32,000 nucleotides of DNA from contig NZ_OX365700.1 in NCBI RefSeq assembly GCF_947241125.1, forward strand, positions 1,787,245 to 1,819,244. The letters are read 5' to 3'. How positions within the stretch are numbered: position 1 is the stretch's first letter; each line of letters begins with the position of its first letter. This DNA comes from Nitrospira tepida. Its GTDB lineage: Bacteria; Nitrospirota; Nitrospiria; Nitrospirales; Nitrospiraceae. Position numbers and translations under genes: made by a program. Shown in pieces: positions 19,713-27,823 of this stretch. Below the pieces are notes generated by a model. It was not told the origin of the DNA. It worked only from the letters and a program-made list of their open reading frames with translations, and ran no database searches.

Positions 19713-20711
19713 GTGGGCAGTGTTGCCGTCGCGGAGTTCGGCCTGAATCTGGAGCGCGAACTGTTGCGCTTGCGGCGCGAGCTTCAGGACGGGACGTATC
19801 GCCCAAGCAAGTATCGTCTGTTCACGATCTACGAGCGCAAGCCGCGCGTCATCGCGGCAGCGCCGTTTCGCGACCGGGTTGTGCACCACGCGGTCATGAA
19901 CGTGATCGAACGGCCGCTCGCCCGGACGTTTATCGAGGATTCTTACGCCTGCCGCCACGGCAAGGGGGTCCATGCGGCGGTGGACCGCTATCAAGCCTGG
20001 GCGCAGACCTATCGGTATGCCCTGAAAATGGACGTGCGCCAGTACTTCCCGTCCATCGATCACGACCTTCTGAAGGAAAAGCTGCGGCGACGGATCACAG
20101 ACTTGCGCGTCTTGGACCTGCTTGATCGCATCATCGATGGATCTCCTGGAGGAGACAGTGAGCCCCATTACTTTCCCGGCGACGACCTCTTCACGCCGAT
20201 CGATCGGGCCGTGGCTATTCCCATCGGCAACCTGACGAGCCAGTTCTTTGCCAATCTCTATCTCGACGATCTGGATCACCATATGAAGCAGGTCCTGCGG
20301 GTCCGGCCGTACCTTCGCTACGTGGACGACATGGTGGTGCTGGACCAGGACAAGACCCGGTTGGCAGACATTCGCGCAGCCGTCCGTGAGCGGCTTGCCG
20401 CCGATCGGCTCAGGCTCCATCCCGATAAGGCCCATGTGACGCGCACGGCCGATGGGTTGAACCTGCTCGGCTATGTCGTGTTCCCGAATCGCCGTCGGTT
20501 GCGGAACGACAACGGCCACCGGTTCGCGCGCCGATTCCGCCGGATGGCGCGGGCCTATGGAGCCGGGCGACTGGAATGGGTCAAGGTGGCGGCCTCGGTT
20601 CAGAGTTGGATCGGGCACGCTCAGCATGCCGATACGGAGGGCCTGCGCCGGGCGATCTTCTCCCAGGCTGTGTTTACGAGGGGAGCGGGCCAAGCGACGG
20701 CCTGCGCGTGA
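19713..20711 (+). CDS. DGR-type reverse transcriptase (core ORF); the apparent N-terminal about 26 codons lie in another frame at 19637-19715
   Basis: RT motifs are present: AAPFRDRVVHHAV, YALKMDVRQYFPSIDH, the DGR-diagnostic IGNLTSQFFANLYL, YLRYVDDMVVL, LHPDK and LGYVV. The frame starting at ATG 19637 encodes MTRLANLWPELVSFKNLLDAYRKARRG, which resembles the usual DGR RT N-terminus. Confidence 0.85.
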   Translation: MGSVAVAEFGLNLERELLRLRRELQDGTYRPSKYRLFTIYERKPRVIAAAPFRDRVVHHAVMNVIERPLARTFIEDSYACRHGKGVHAAVDRYQAWAQTYRYALKMDVRQYFPSIDHDLLKEKLRRRITDLRVLDLLDRIIDGSPGGDSEPHYFPGDDLFTPIDRAVAIPIGNLTSQFFANLYLDDLDHHMKQVLRVRPYLRYVDDMVVLDQDKTRLADIRAAVRERLAADRLRLHPDKAHVTRTADGLNLLGYVVFPNRRRLRNDNGHRFARRFRRMARAYGAGRLEWVKVAASVQSWIGHAQHADTEGLRRAIFSQAVFTRGAGQATACA

Positions 20712-20833
20712 TCCGTGGCGGTTCCTGGAACAACAAACCGGAGAACCTCCGTGCCTCGAACCGGTACGGGGTCCAGGCCGGCGGCCGGGACGGTACCATC
20801 GGCTTCCGTCTCGTCCAGGACAGGGACCAATAA
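20708..20833 (+). repeat. Template repeat (TR) of the DGR, non-coding
   Basis: An adenine-rich copy of the VR, reading V I R G G S W N N K P E N L R A S N R Y G ... G F R L V Q D. It starts at the RT stop codon. It shares the identical blocks GGCGGCCGGGAC (20780-20791 = 19141-19152) and TAACCCTTTG with the VR copy. Confidence 0.65.
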
Positions 20834-21154
20834 CCCTTTGTTCCCTGACCCGTTGCTCTCCTGAAAGAAATTGCCCCGTCCCTTTCTCATGAGAACAGGA
20901 AGGACAGAGACCATCGTCTGTCCCTCAAGACCCACCGTCCAGCCTCCGAGTCTCGATCAACCGCTGCCAATGGGAGGACGCAACGATCGGATGACGACAT
21001 GGTTCTGACGATCCGGCACCCAAGCTCAATGTGCCGATCGCACGGCAGGAGGTGACAGCAGGAGAGGATGTGAGCGGCGGCGTCGGATTTCGTGCGTTTT
21101 CTCGTGCGCTGTGGCCTATGGTATGATCCATCCCAATCGAGGATCGCCGCGTAG

Positions 21155-21451
21155 ATGGAATTCGAGTGGGATTTATCAAAGGAACTGAGGAACATACGCA
21201 AGCACGGGGTGACATTTTCAGAAGCGGTGGAATCGTTCCTCGATAAGAAGGGTTTTCAACTCGTTGACGCGAAGCATTCTGTGAAGGAGAAGCGGTTGTT
21301 CTGGGTGGGTCAAACCTCGACAGGACGGCTCATCACAACACGGTTTACCATGAGAGGCAGCAGGATTCGTCTCATTGGATCAGCCGAATGGCGAAAGTTT
21401 CGGAGGTTATACGATGAGAGAACCAAAGCTCGAACACCTGAAGGTGGATGA
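21155..21451 (+). CDS. brnT: BrnT-family (DUF497) type II toxin
   Basis: MEFEWDLSKELRNIRKHGVTFSEAVESFLD matches the feWD..K...N..KHGv.F.EA signature. About 98 aa, and it overlaps the downstream antitoxin ORF. Confidence 0.8.
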   Translation: MEFEWDLSKELRNIRKHGVTFSEAVESFLDKKGFQLVDAKHSVKEKRLFWVGQTSTGRLITTRFTMRGSRIRLIGSAEWRKFRRLYDERTKARTPEGG

Positions 21452-21692
21452 GGCAGGCACGGCCAAGCTTCGGGCAACATTTGCGCGGCAGAAGGCTGTA
21501 CGAATCACCATCAATATCGATCCCGGAAGCTACCGAGGTCTGAGACGGGTTGCTCGGGAGACCGGTGTGCCTTATGAAACCTTGATAAGCTGGCTCTTGA
21601 GGATGGACGAGGACAGGCGAGCCACCATGGAGACTCGCCTTAATCGGCTGGAGCAAGAAGTCAAAAGAATGAAGCGGATCATGGTTGCCTGA
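21414..21692 (+). CDS. brnA: BrnA-like antitoxin
   Basis: VRITINIDPGSYRGLRRVARETGVPYETLISWLLR resembles the BrnA pattern (a ribbon-helix-helix-like region with the G.PYQTLI motif). ATG 21414 is preferred over the tracked start at 21375. It overlaps brnT by 38 nt. Confidence 0.7.
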   Translation: MREPKLEHLKVDEAGTAKLRATFARQKAVRITINIDPGSYRGLRRVARETGVPYETLISWLLRMDEDRRATMETRLNRLEQEVKRMKRIMVA

Positions 21693-21820
21693 ACGCTGTC
21701 GACGATGGTTGACCCTTCTCCTTCCGGTCGTCCTGTTCGTACAGGAGTCGATGATTACCGACTCTTAAACAGTGTCCTTCTCCGCCGGACGTTTGATCAA
21801 CTGGTGTGACCACCGGTGTC

Positions 21821-21855
21821 GGCGTCCGTCTCGTCCAGGACCTTCCCTAACCCTT
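21821..21855 (+). repeat. Orphan third copy of the VR/TR 3' end
   Basis: GGCGTCCGTCTCGTCCAGGAC matches the TR (GGCTTCCGTCTCGTCCAGGAC, 20801-20821) at 20 of 21 positions. It is followed by ...TAACCCTT as in the VR and TR, and no homologous gene body lies upstream (in-frame stop at 21794). Confidence 0.45.
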
Positions 21856-21985
21856 GAAATCGACGGACTCGATCAGATGCCGCTCACGACGGGGGTGATG
21901 ACCCTACACGCCGGCTAAGCAGTCGGCTTGCACATCCACCTTCATTCCAGCGGGAGGTCCCCGCCTGCAAAGGCCGGGGCGGGAT

Positions 21986-23503
21986 CTATGCAGCCAAGAA
22001 TTCTGTGCTCGACGACCGTGTCCGCTGGTCGTCCGGTAATGCATCGGATACGACCGGGTCAGGAGCACTGTGACCGACGAGCGCCGCCAGTCTTTCCTGG
22101 TCTCGCCTCATCTGCTCTCCTGCACAGGAGGCGATGTGCATGATCTTCGGGGTTTGGCGGGCGAGGGTATCGAGGGCGCGGACCACCTTATCGAACATGT
22201 CCAGCTTCATTTTGGTATCGTCCATGTGCTTCTGAATATCATGGAAGATCGTCGTGAACACGCCGTTCTCCGTCAGGCGAGAAGCTTCGACCAACCCGCC
22301 GACGTACGTGACCTGAAGTGAGAGCATGGCTTTGCGCAGCTCTTCGACTTCGATATTCAACCCCTTCAGTTCCTTGGACAAATCCTGTAGCGAGCGTTCC
22401 ACGGAGGCCATGGTCTTGCAAAATGCAAAACGCAGATCGGCCAGTCTGCTCAGGTGCGTGGTCGGCTGTGTCTTATTGTCGAGGTCGGCAAGTCCGGCCC
22501 GGAATTCACGATAGTAGGCAATTACCATCTCAAATTGCAGGCGTGCCCACGCCAAGCCGAACACTGTCTGCCCAAGATATTGGGAGATCTTGGCCGCCTG
22601 CGCGGCGAGTCCGGAGACGATGCTGGCAATCCAGGAGGAAGCTTCGCGAAGGTGTGCAGAGATCACGGTGAGCGTATGGCCGGCATTCGCCAACCGACTC
22701 GATGCCACTGAAAGGTTCAGGCAAATGAGCTGGAATTCACGGGTCAACGAGAGAATCGCGCGTGATTGCGTGCAGAGCTCCTCATTACGGTGAACATACT
22801 CATCGAGTTGGGCGTACACCCCGTTGATGTGCTGGTACATCTGTTGGGAATCTTGATACAGCATACGGAGCGCGGCGTCGAGCGGGTCCTCCTCGGCACG
22901 CCGCGGCGTCAGCGGCGGGAACATAGTGAGATGTTCACGAGCCAGGATGCCGTCCCGGCTGTTCAGTTCCTGATAGAGCAGGGCCTGCATGAACGCGTCA
23001 TAGTCGGCAAAGCCTTTCGCCTGCAGGATCTCGCCGAGTTTGGCCCCGGCGGCCTGCATACCGGCTTTGGGCCCGTCGCCTTGCTTTTCGTGCATCTGTT
23101 CGATGGTGCGCAACTCGCTGTAGATATCCGGGATGAGCGCAAATAGCTGACTCGACGGCTTGAATCGCACGGACAAGAAGCCATCCCCCTCGATTGGTGT
23201 GGCGAGCGCGACAACCCAGTAATAGCGGCCGTCAGACGCCATGTTTTTGACATAGGCCGCGATCGACTTCCCAGCGAGGAGATAGTCCCACAGCAACTTG
23301 AAGACGGTGCGCGGCATGTCGGGGTGACGAATCAGATTGTGCGGCTGGCCGATCATCTCCTCGAGCCGGTAGTGGCTGACACGGGCGAACACCTCGTTGC
23401 CAGACACAATGATGCCCTTGTGAGTGGTCGTCGAGAAAAAGAGTTCGTTGATGAAAAAATCTCTGGAGGCGTTCACGGGAACGATCTTCCGTTTGGAGTC
23501 CAT
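21986..23503 (-). CDS. Soluble PAS-domain protein with a degenerate methyl-accepting-chemotaxis-like signalling domain
   Basis: Aer-type PAS N-terminus THKGIIVSGNEVFARVSHYRLEEMIGQPHNLIRHPDMPRTVFKLLWDYLLAGKSIAAYVKNMASDGRYYWV. The later segment ICLNLSVASSRLANAGHTLTVISAHLREAS resembles the MCP hairpin tip ([22 protein letters not shown].LA). No TM segments. ATG 23503 is preferred over 23542. Confidence 0.6.
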   Translation of the reverse strand: MDSKRKIVPVNASRDFFINELFFSTTTHKGIIVSGNEVFARVSHYRLEEMIGQPHNLIRHPDMPRTVFKLLWDYLLAGKSIAAYVKNMASDGRYYWVVALATPIEGDGFLSVRFKPSSQLFALIPDIYSELRTIEQMHEKQGDGPKAGMQAAGAKLGEILQAKGFADYDAFMQALLYQELNSRDGILAREHLTMFPPLTPRRAEEDPLDAALRMLYQDSQQMYQHINGVYAQLDEYVHRNEELCTQSRAILSLTREFQLICLNLSVASSRLANAGHTLTVISAHLREASSWIASIVSGLAAQAAKISQYLGQTVFGLAWARLQFEMVIAYYREFRAGLADLDNKTQPTTHLSRLADLRFAFCKTMASVERSLQDLSKELKGLNIEVEELRKAMLSLQVTYVGGLVEASRLTENGVFTTIFHDIQKHMDDTKMKLDMFDKVVRALDTLARQTPKIMHIASCAGEQMRRDQERLAALVGHSAPDPVVSDALPDDQRTRSSSTEFLAA

Positions 23504-23767
23504 GTGTCGGTGGCCTTTCAGCTCTCGGTATGCGCTCAGCATCGGGCTGAGCGGTTACATCAGATCGGAATTGTTCGGGTGATCGTGTATCGAGCTGGCA
23601 TGGAGCTCTGAGTGCAGCTCATCATGTTTGTGTGTGGTCACACGAGGAGACTGTTCTGCTGCTCTTGCCTCACTGTATCGGTCAACAGGCTGGAGACTTG
23701 AGTGAAAATGAGAGAATGGTGTCCGCAGCCAGGGAGAGACTATCACGATTCGTCCCGTTTCTCCGAG

Positions 23768-24634
23768 CTACGCGGCGGGATCGGCGAACGTGTCGCAGGC
23801 GGCGGGATCGCCTGATTCGAGGCCGCGCCGGAGCCAGGTTGCCCGCTGCTTCGACGAGCCGTGCGTCCAGCTTTCCGGCTGCACGTGCCCCTGCGACCTG
23901 TGTTGCAACCGGTCGTCGCCGATGGCGGCCGCCGCCCGCAGCCCTTCCTCGAAATCGCCCGGCTCAATCACACGCCGTTCGCGACGAGCGTGGTGGCCCC
24001 AGACTCCGGCCAGGCAATCCGCCTGCAATTCCATCTTTACCGACAGCACATTCGCCTCGGCTGCGGAGGTCTGGCGCTGCCGATGGGCCACCTGCTCGGC
24101 CACGCCGAGCAGGTTCTGCACATGGTGGCCGATCTCATGGGCGATGACGTAGGCCTGCGCGAAGTCTCCTGGAGCGCCCAGCCGCTGGGACAGCTCTTGG
24201 AAGAAGGCGAGGTCCAGATAGACCTTGTGGTCACCGGGGCAATAGAAGGGTCCGACCGCCGAAGAGGCCGTGCCGCAGGCCGAACGGACCGCACCGGTGA
24301 AGAGGACCAAGCGGGGCTCTTTGTAAGAGCGGCCTTTCTGTGAGAACAGCGAACGCCAGGTGTCTTCCGTGTCGGCCAGCACGAGGGAGGCGAATGTCCC
24401 CAATTGATCCTGCGGTGGCTGTGCCGGGCCCGGAGACTCGACCGCTGATTGGAGAGCACCATCCTGGAGGCCGCCGATCATGTTCAGGATCTGAAGGGGA
24501 TTGGTCCCGGTGAAGAAACTGACGGCAAGCACCAGGACAATCCCGCCGAGCCCGATGCCGACTCCGGGACGAATGGGACCCATTCCGCGGCGATCTTCGA
24601 TGTTGTCGCTCTGACGATGCCCCTCCCATCGCAT
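23768..24634 (-). CDS. ypfJ: YpfJ-family neutral zinc metallopeptidase (membrane-anchored)
   Basis: N-terminus MRWEGHRQSDNIEDRRG, one TM segment, and the HExxH site VIAHEIGHHVQN. Confidence 0.85.
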   Translation of the reverse strand: MRWEGHRQSDNIEDRRGMGPIRPGVGIGLGGIVLVLAVSFFTGTNPLQILNMIGGLQDGALQSAVESPGPAQPPQDQLGTFASLVLADTEDTWRSLFSQKGRSYKEPRLVLFTGAVRSACGTASSAVGPFYCPGDHKVYLDLAFFQELSQRLGAPGDFAQAYVIAHEIGHHVQNLLGVAEQVAHRQRQTSAAEANVLSVKMELQADCLAGVWGHHARRERRVIEPGDFEEGLRAAAAIGDDRLQHRSQGHVQPESWTHGSSKQRATWLRRGLESGDPAACDTFADPAA

Positions 24635-24827
24635 GGCCGCACCCTCTTCCGGAACGAGGTCTTAGCACAGCATATGAAGAACGCCCGGATCAAGGAGGCG
24701 GAACGTCGATGTGCCATGGCCTTCTGATCCATCGGCTTTCTGCGGCGATTGCAGGATCGATTCCCTCCCGGCTAAGCTCGGCAGGCGAGATGAAGCGGAG
24801 TCTTTGGCTGTGATCGAGCGAACGCCG

Positions 24828-25610
24828 ATGATCGAACTGCGAAATGTCACGGCTTTCAAAGGCAACAGCAAGGTGTTCGACCGTCTGACCCTCTCGTTTC
24901 GGCAAGGACGACATACAGCCATCCTCGGCCCGAACGGGGCGGGGAAATCGACCTTGCTGAAGCTGCTCTCCGGCGAGCTGCACCCGGCTCCTGACGACGA
25001 AACGGTGGTTAGCCTGTTTGGGAGCGATCGATGGAACGTGTGGGAGTTGAGGAAGCATTTGGGGGTTGTCTCCCATGACCTCCAGCACCGGTATCTCGAG
25101 CATGTCTCGGGGTTGGATGTGATCCTCTCAGGCTACTATGCGAGCATCGGCACCTATGATCATCAACGGTTCGGTTCTGAGCAATGGATCAGGGCGCAGG
25201 AGATCGCGCACATGGTGGGCGTCGGCAATCTGATCACCAGGCCCTTCGGCACGCTCTCGACCGGAGAACAGCGCCGATTCCTGCTGGGCCGGGCGTTGGT
25301 GCATGATCCGGCGGTGCTGGTCTTTGACGAGCCGACCAGCGGACTGGACCTGCCGGCCTGTTTTGCCTACCTCGAGACGATGCGGAAACTGATGCGTGCG
25401 GGCAAGACCTTGCTCCTCGTGACCCACCATCTCCATGAGATTCCTCCTGAAATCGGGCGTGTCGTGCTGCTGAAAGGTGGACGGGTCGTCGCCGACGGTC
25501 CCAAGGTACAGGTGCTGACAAGTGACGCGCTGACGTCCTTGTACGGCATGCCCATCGAACTGGTCCAGATCAACGGCTTTTATCAAGCCCTGCCGGGGGC
25601 GAAGCGATAA
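24828..25610 (+). CDS. ABC transporter ATP-binding protein (stand-alone ATPase, ModF-like)
   Basis: Walker A GPNGAGKST, signature LSTGEQRR, Walker B LVFDEPTSGLD, H-loop VTHH. Start uncertain (the tracked ORF starts at 24711). Confidence 0.8.
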   Translation: MIELRNVTAFKGNSKVFDRLTLSFRQGRHTAILGPNGAGKSTLLKLLSGELHPAPDDETVVSLFGSDRWNVWELRKHLGVVSHDLQHRYLEHVSGLDVILSGYYASIGTYDHQRFGSEQWIRAQEIAHMVGVGNLITRPFGTLSTGEQRRFLLGRALVHDPAVLVFDEPTSGLDLPACFAYLETMRKLMRAGKTLLLVTHHLHEIPPEIGRVVLLKGGRVVADGPKVQVLTSDALTSLYGMPIELVQINGFYQALPGAKR

Positions 25611-25680
25611 CCAGGGCTCTTGTCGAGATCAGGTGATCGGGCGTATCATCATGGCCATTCTCACCACAAGGGGGTCGCGT

Positions 25681-26466
25681 ATGATCAACGAGACCACGCC
25701 TGGCTCTTCGCGCACAGCCTCTCTGGATCGCAGCATCGACCGGCTTCGGCAACATCTCGCGCAGTTGGTGCCTTTGATCGCCGAATGGAAAGATCATCAG
25801 GACAAGGTGCTCGACGACTTCGATTCCAAGGCAGAGCAACTGATACGAGAGGCCTTGGGCGACACGTCCAGGATGGTGGAAGCCTATGAGTATGCGCAGC
25901 TCGGAGCCGCCGCCGGGCTCGTAAATTTTCCTGACGAGGCGCCGGAGGGCGGGGAGACCACCCGCGATCACAAGCGGGAAAGTCTCAACCAGCGCAAGCG
26001 GGTGCTGGAAAGCTGCATTGCCGAGTTGGAAGCCGACCGGGCGGCGGTCGTCGCTCAGAGCGGGCACGATGTCGAGGCCGTGATCGGACCCCATGTGGCT
26101 CATCATATGACGTCCGAGCTGCGCAGCGTGCACGTGAATGCTTCCCTTAAGGAGGCAGGCCGGCTTATGCAGCAATGGGCGGTCGGGTCGCTGCTGGTGA
26201 CCGACGACAAGGCCTTTGTCGGGTTGGTCACGGATTCCGATTTGGCCCGCGAGGTCGTCGCGAAAGGCTTGGATCCGGCGATCACCAAGGTGAAGGCCTG
26301 CATGCGCAGTCCGATCCCCGCCATTGAAGGCGATCGGCCGATCATCGAGGCCGTGCGGATGATGAAGGACAGGGCCACTCGGCACCTAGCCGTCACGGAC
26401 CGGGGAGAGATCACCGGCCTAATCTCGGTCTCGAATATCTTGCGTTATTACTCCGGCGTCGTGTGA
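25681..26466 (+). CDS. CBS-pair domain protein with an N-terminal helical region of unknown function
   Basis: C-terminal tandem CBS motifs (SLKEAGRLMQQWAVGSLLVTDD..FVGLVTDSDL; PIIEAVRMMKDRATRHLAVTDRGEITGLISVSNILRY). AAGGGGG lies upstream of ATG 25681. Alternative starts at 25633 and 25651. Confidence 0.7.
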   Translation: MINETTPGSSRTASLDRSIDRLRQHLAQLVPLIAEWKDHQDKVLDDFDSKAEQLIREALGDTSRMVEAYEYAQLGAAAGLVNFPDEAPEGGETTRDHKRESLNQRKRVLESCIAELEADRAAVVAQSGHDVEAVIGPHVAHHMTSELRSVHVNASLKEAGRLMQQWAVGSLLVTDDKAFVGLVTDSDLAREVVAKGLDPAITKVKACMRSPIPAIEGDRPIIEAVRMMKDRATRHLAVTDRGEITGLISVSNILRYYSGVV

Positions 26467-26680
26467 TCAGCCTGTAATGGCCCGCGCCGAAATTGCGGCG
26501 GTGCAGGCTGCGTCACGCGCGGAATGTTCAAGGCCGCCGCAGGACTTTCCGGAAATCCACTCGCGACCATCCGACCAGATTCGCACCTCCCCCGGCGAAC
26601 CAAGCGGCACAGCTGAGGTCGCCGACTGCCGCGTGAAGTCAACACCAGTGCACAGGACTCTGAAACCGCGACCACGCCGG

Positions 26681-27262
26681 ATGGACCTGACCACGCCAGC
26701 TCCTACCATCGTCTTCAATAAACCGTACGGCGTGCTGCCCTGTTTTACCGATCCGGAGAGACGGCCGACCTTGGCGGACTATATCAAGCTCCCCGGCGTC
26801 TATGCGGCCGGCCGGCTGGATTTCGACAGCGAGGGGCTGATGATCCTGACGTCGAACGGCGTCTTGATCCATCGCGTCACCGATCCAGAGCATGCCTGGC
26901 CGAAGGTCTATCTGGTTCAGGTGGAGCGAGTCCCTGACGAGCATGCGCTGCGTCGGCTTCGCCAGGGGGTCATGCTGAAGGGTGTGCGGACGAGACCAGC
27001 CGAGGCGCGGCTGTTGTCCGACGAGCCGGAACTGCCCGAGCGTCCTGTTCCGATTCGATACAGAAAAAGTGTCCCAACTGCCTGGTTGGAGTTGACGATC
27101 CGAGAGGGACAGAACCGTCAAGTGCGTCGAATGACGGCTGCGGTCGGGCATCCGACATTACGGCTGGTCCGGGTCGCGATCGGGCCGATCACCTTGGGGA
27201 CGCTTCGGCCCGGCGAATGGCGGCCGGCGACGAAGCGCGAGCTGGGTGAGTTGCTGGGCTGA
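26681..27262 (+). CDS. rluE: Pseudouridine synthase, RsuA/RluE family (no S4 domain)
   Basis: Contains IVFNKPYGVL, the catalytic motif [15 protein letters not shown], and [20 protein letters not shown] 26681 is preferred over the tracked start at 26477. Confidence 0.8.
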   Translation: MDLTTPAPTIVFNKPYGVLPCFTDPERRPTLADYIKLPGVYAAGRLDFDSEGLMILTSNGVLIHRVTDPEHAWPKVYLVQVERVPDEHALRRLRQGVMLKGVRTRPAEARLLSDEPELPERPVPIRYRKSVPTAWLELTIREGQNRQVRRMTAAVGHPTLRLVRVAIGPITLGTLRPGEWRPATKRELGELLG

Positions 27263-27334
27263 CCGCCGGGATGACGGCTTGGTAATCTGCTTTTTGCTTG
27301 TCCGTCGGAGACACCCCTCTACAATAAAGGCGGA

Positions 27335-27823
27335 ATGAGCGACCCGCAAACCGCCCAACCATGCTCCCTTCCGCTCAGGTCCTACGGGTATGTGCTCTTG
27401 GTTCTGTTGATCCTGTTCAGCGGGAGGGTCCTGGCTCAGCTCATTCAAGCGTGGGTTCCCGTTCGGTTTCTCCCGCCGTTTGACGCCTGGCACAGCGGGG
27501 TGCTCCCCTATCCGGCGCTCGTCCTCATCCAACTCATCATCATCGGTCTGTGCCTCGGCGCCGTCTGGAAGGTGCTGGCTGGTTCAGTCGTGTTGTCGCC
27601 ACGGAAAGGAAGAATCCTGTTGGCGTTGGGGCTGGTTTATTTCGGCGTGATGGCCCTGCGGTTGGCGGTGGGGGTGTTCCTGGCCCCGGATCACTTTTGG
27701 TTCGGCGCCAGGCTCCCCACTCTGTTCCACCTCGTGCTGGCGGCCTTTGTGCTGCTCTACGGCCGTCTTCACTCTGCCTGTCGCCGAGAGAGGACTGAAC
27801 GGAGCCGTGAGGGAGTGTTATGA
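27335..27823 (+). CDS. Hypothetical integral membrane protein (about 4 TM helices)
   Basis: Four hydrophobic stretches. The stop overlaps the next gene's start (ATGA at 27820-27823). Confidence 0.5.
   Translation: MSDPQTAQPCSLPLRSYGYVLLVLLILFSGRVLAQLIQAWVPVRFLPPFDAWHSGVLPYPALVLIQLIIIGLCLGAVWKVLAGSVVLSPRKGRILLALGLVYFGVMALRLAVGVFLAPDHFWFGARLPTLFHLVLAAFVLLYGRLHSACRRERTERSREGVL

Larger units (their letters stand above)
17911..20840 (+). mobile_element. Diversity-generating retroelement locus (target/VR, avd, RT, TR)
   Basis: All four canonical DGR components are present in one orientation; see the individual features. Confidence 0.8.

Noticed and set aside
19637-20125. A 162-aa ORF overlapping the RT gene, considered as an independent protein.
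   Set aside because: Only the first ~26 residues look like real protein (the RT N-terminus). The rest is Arg/Ala/Gly-rich out-of-frame read-through of the RT gene. I treat it as evidence for a frameshift, not as a gene.
19677-20693. A 338-aa minus-strand ORF across the RT gene.
   Set aside because: It is antisense to an ORF with the complete RT motif set and has no motifs of its own.
20576-20833. An 85-aa ORF ending in ...VIRGGSWNNKPENLRASNRYGVQAGGRDGTIGFRLVQDRDQ, which could be called a small FGE-like gene.
   Set aside because: Only the last ~42 codons resemble an FGE domain. The upstream part overlaps the RT 3' end in another frame, there is no RBS, and it is enriched in AAC codons. It is better explained as the non-coding DGR template repeat. 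A pseudogene remnant of a paralogous target remains a minor alternative.
17249-21900. The island considered as an integrated mobile element or prophage.
   Set aside because: No integrase, transposase, phage structural genes, tRNA attachment site or flanking direct repeats could be found by eye. Only compositional and functional evidence supports accessory status.
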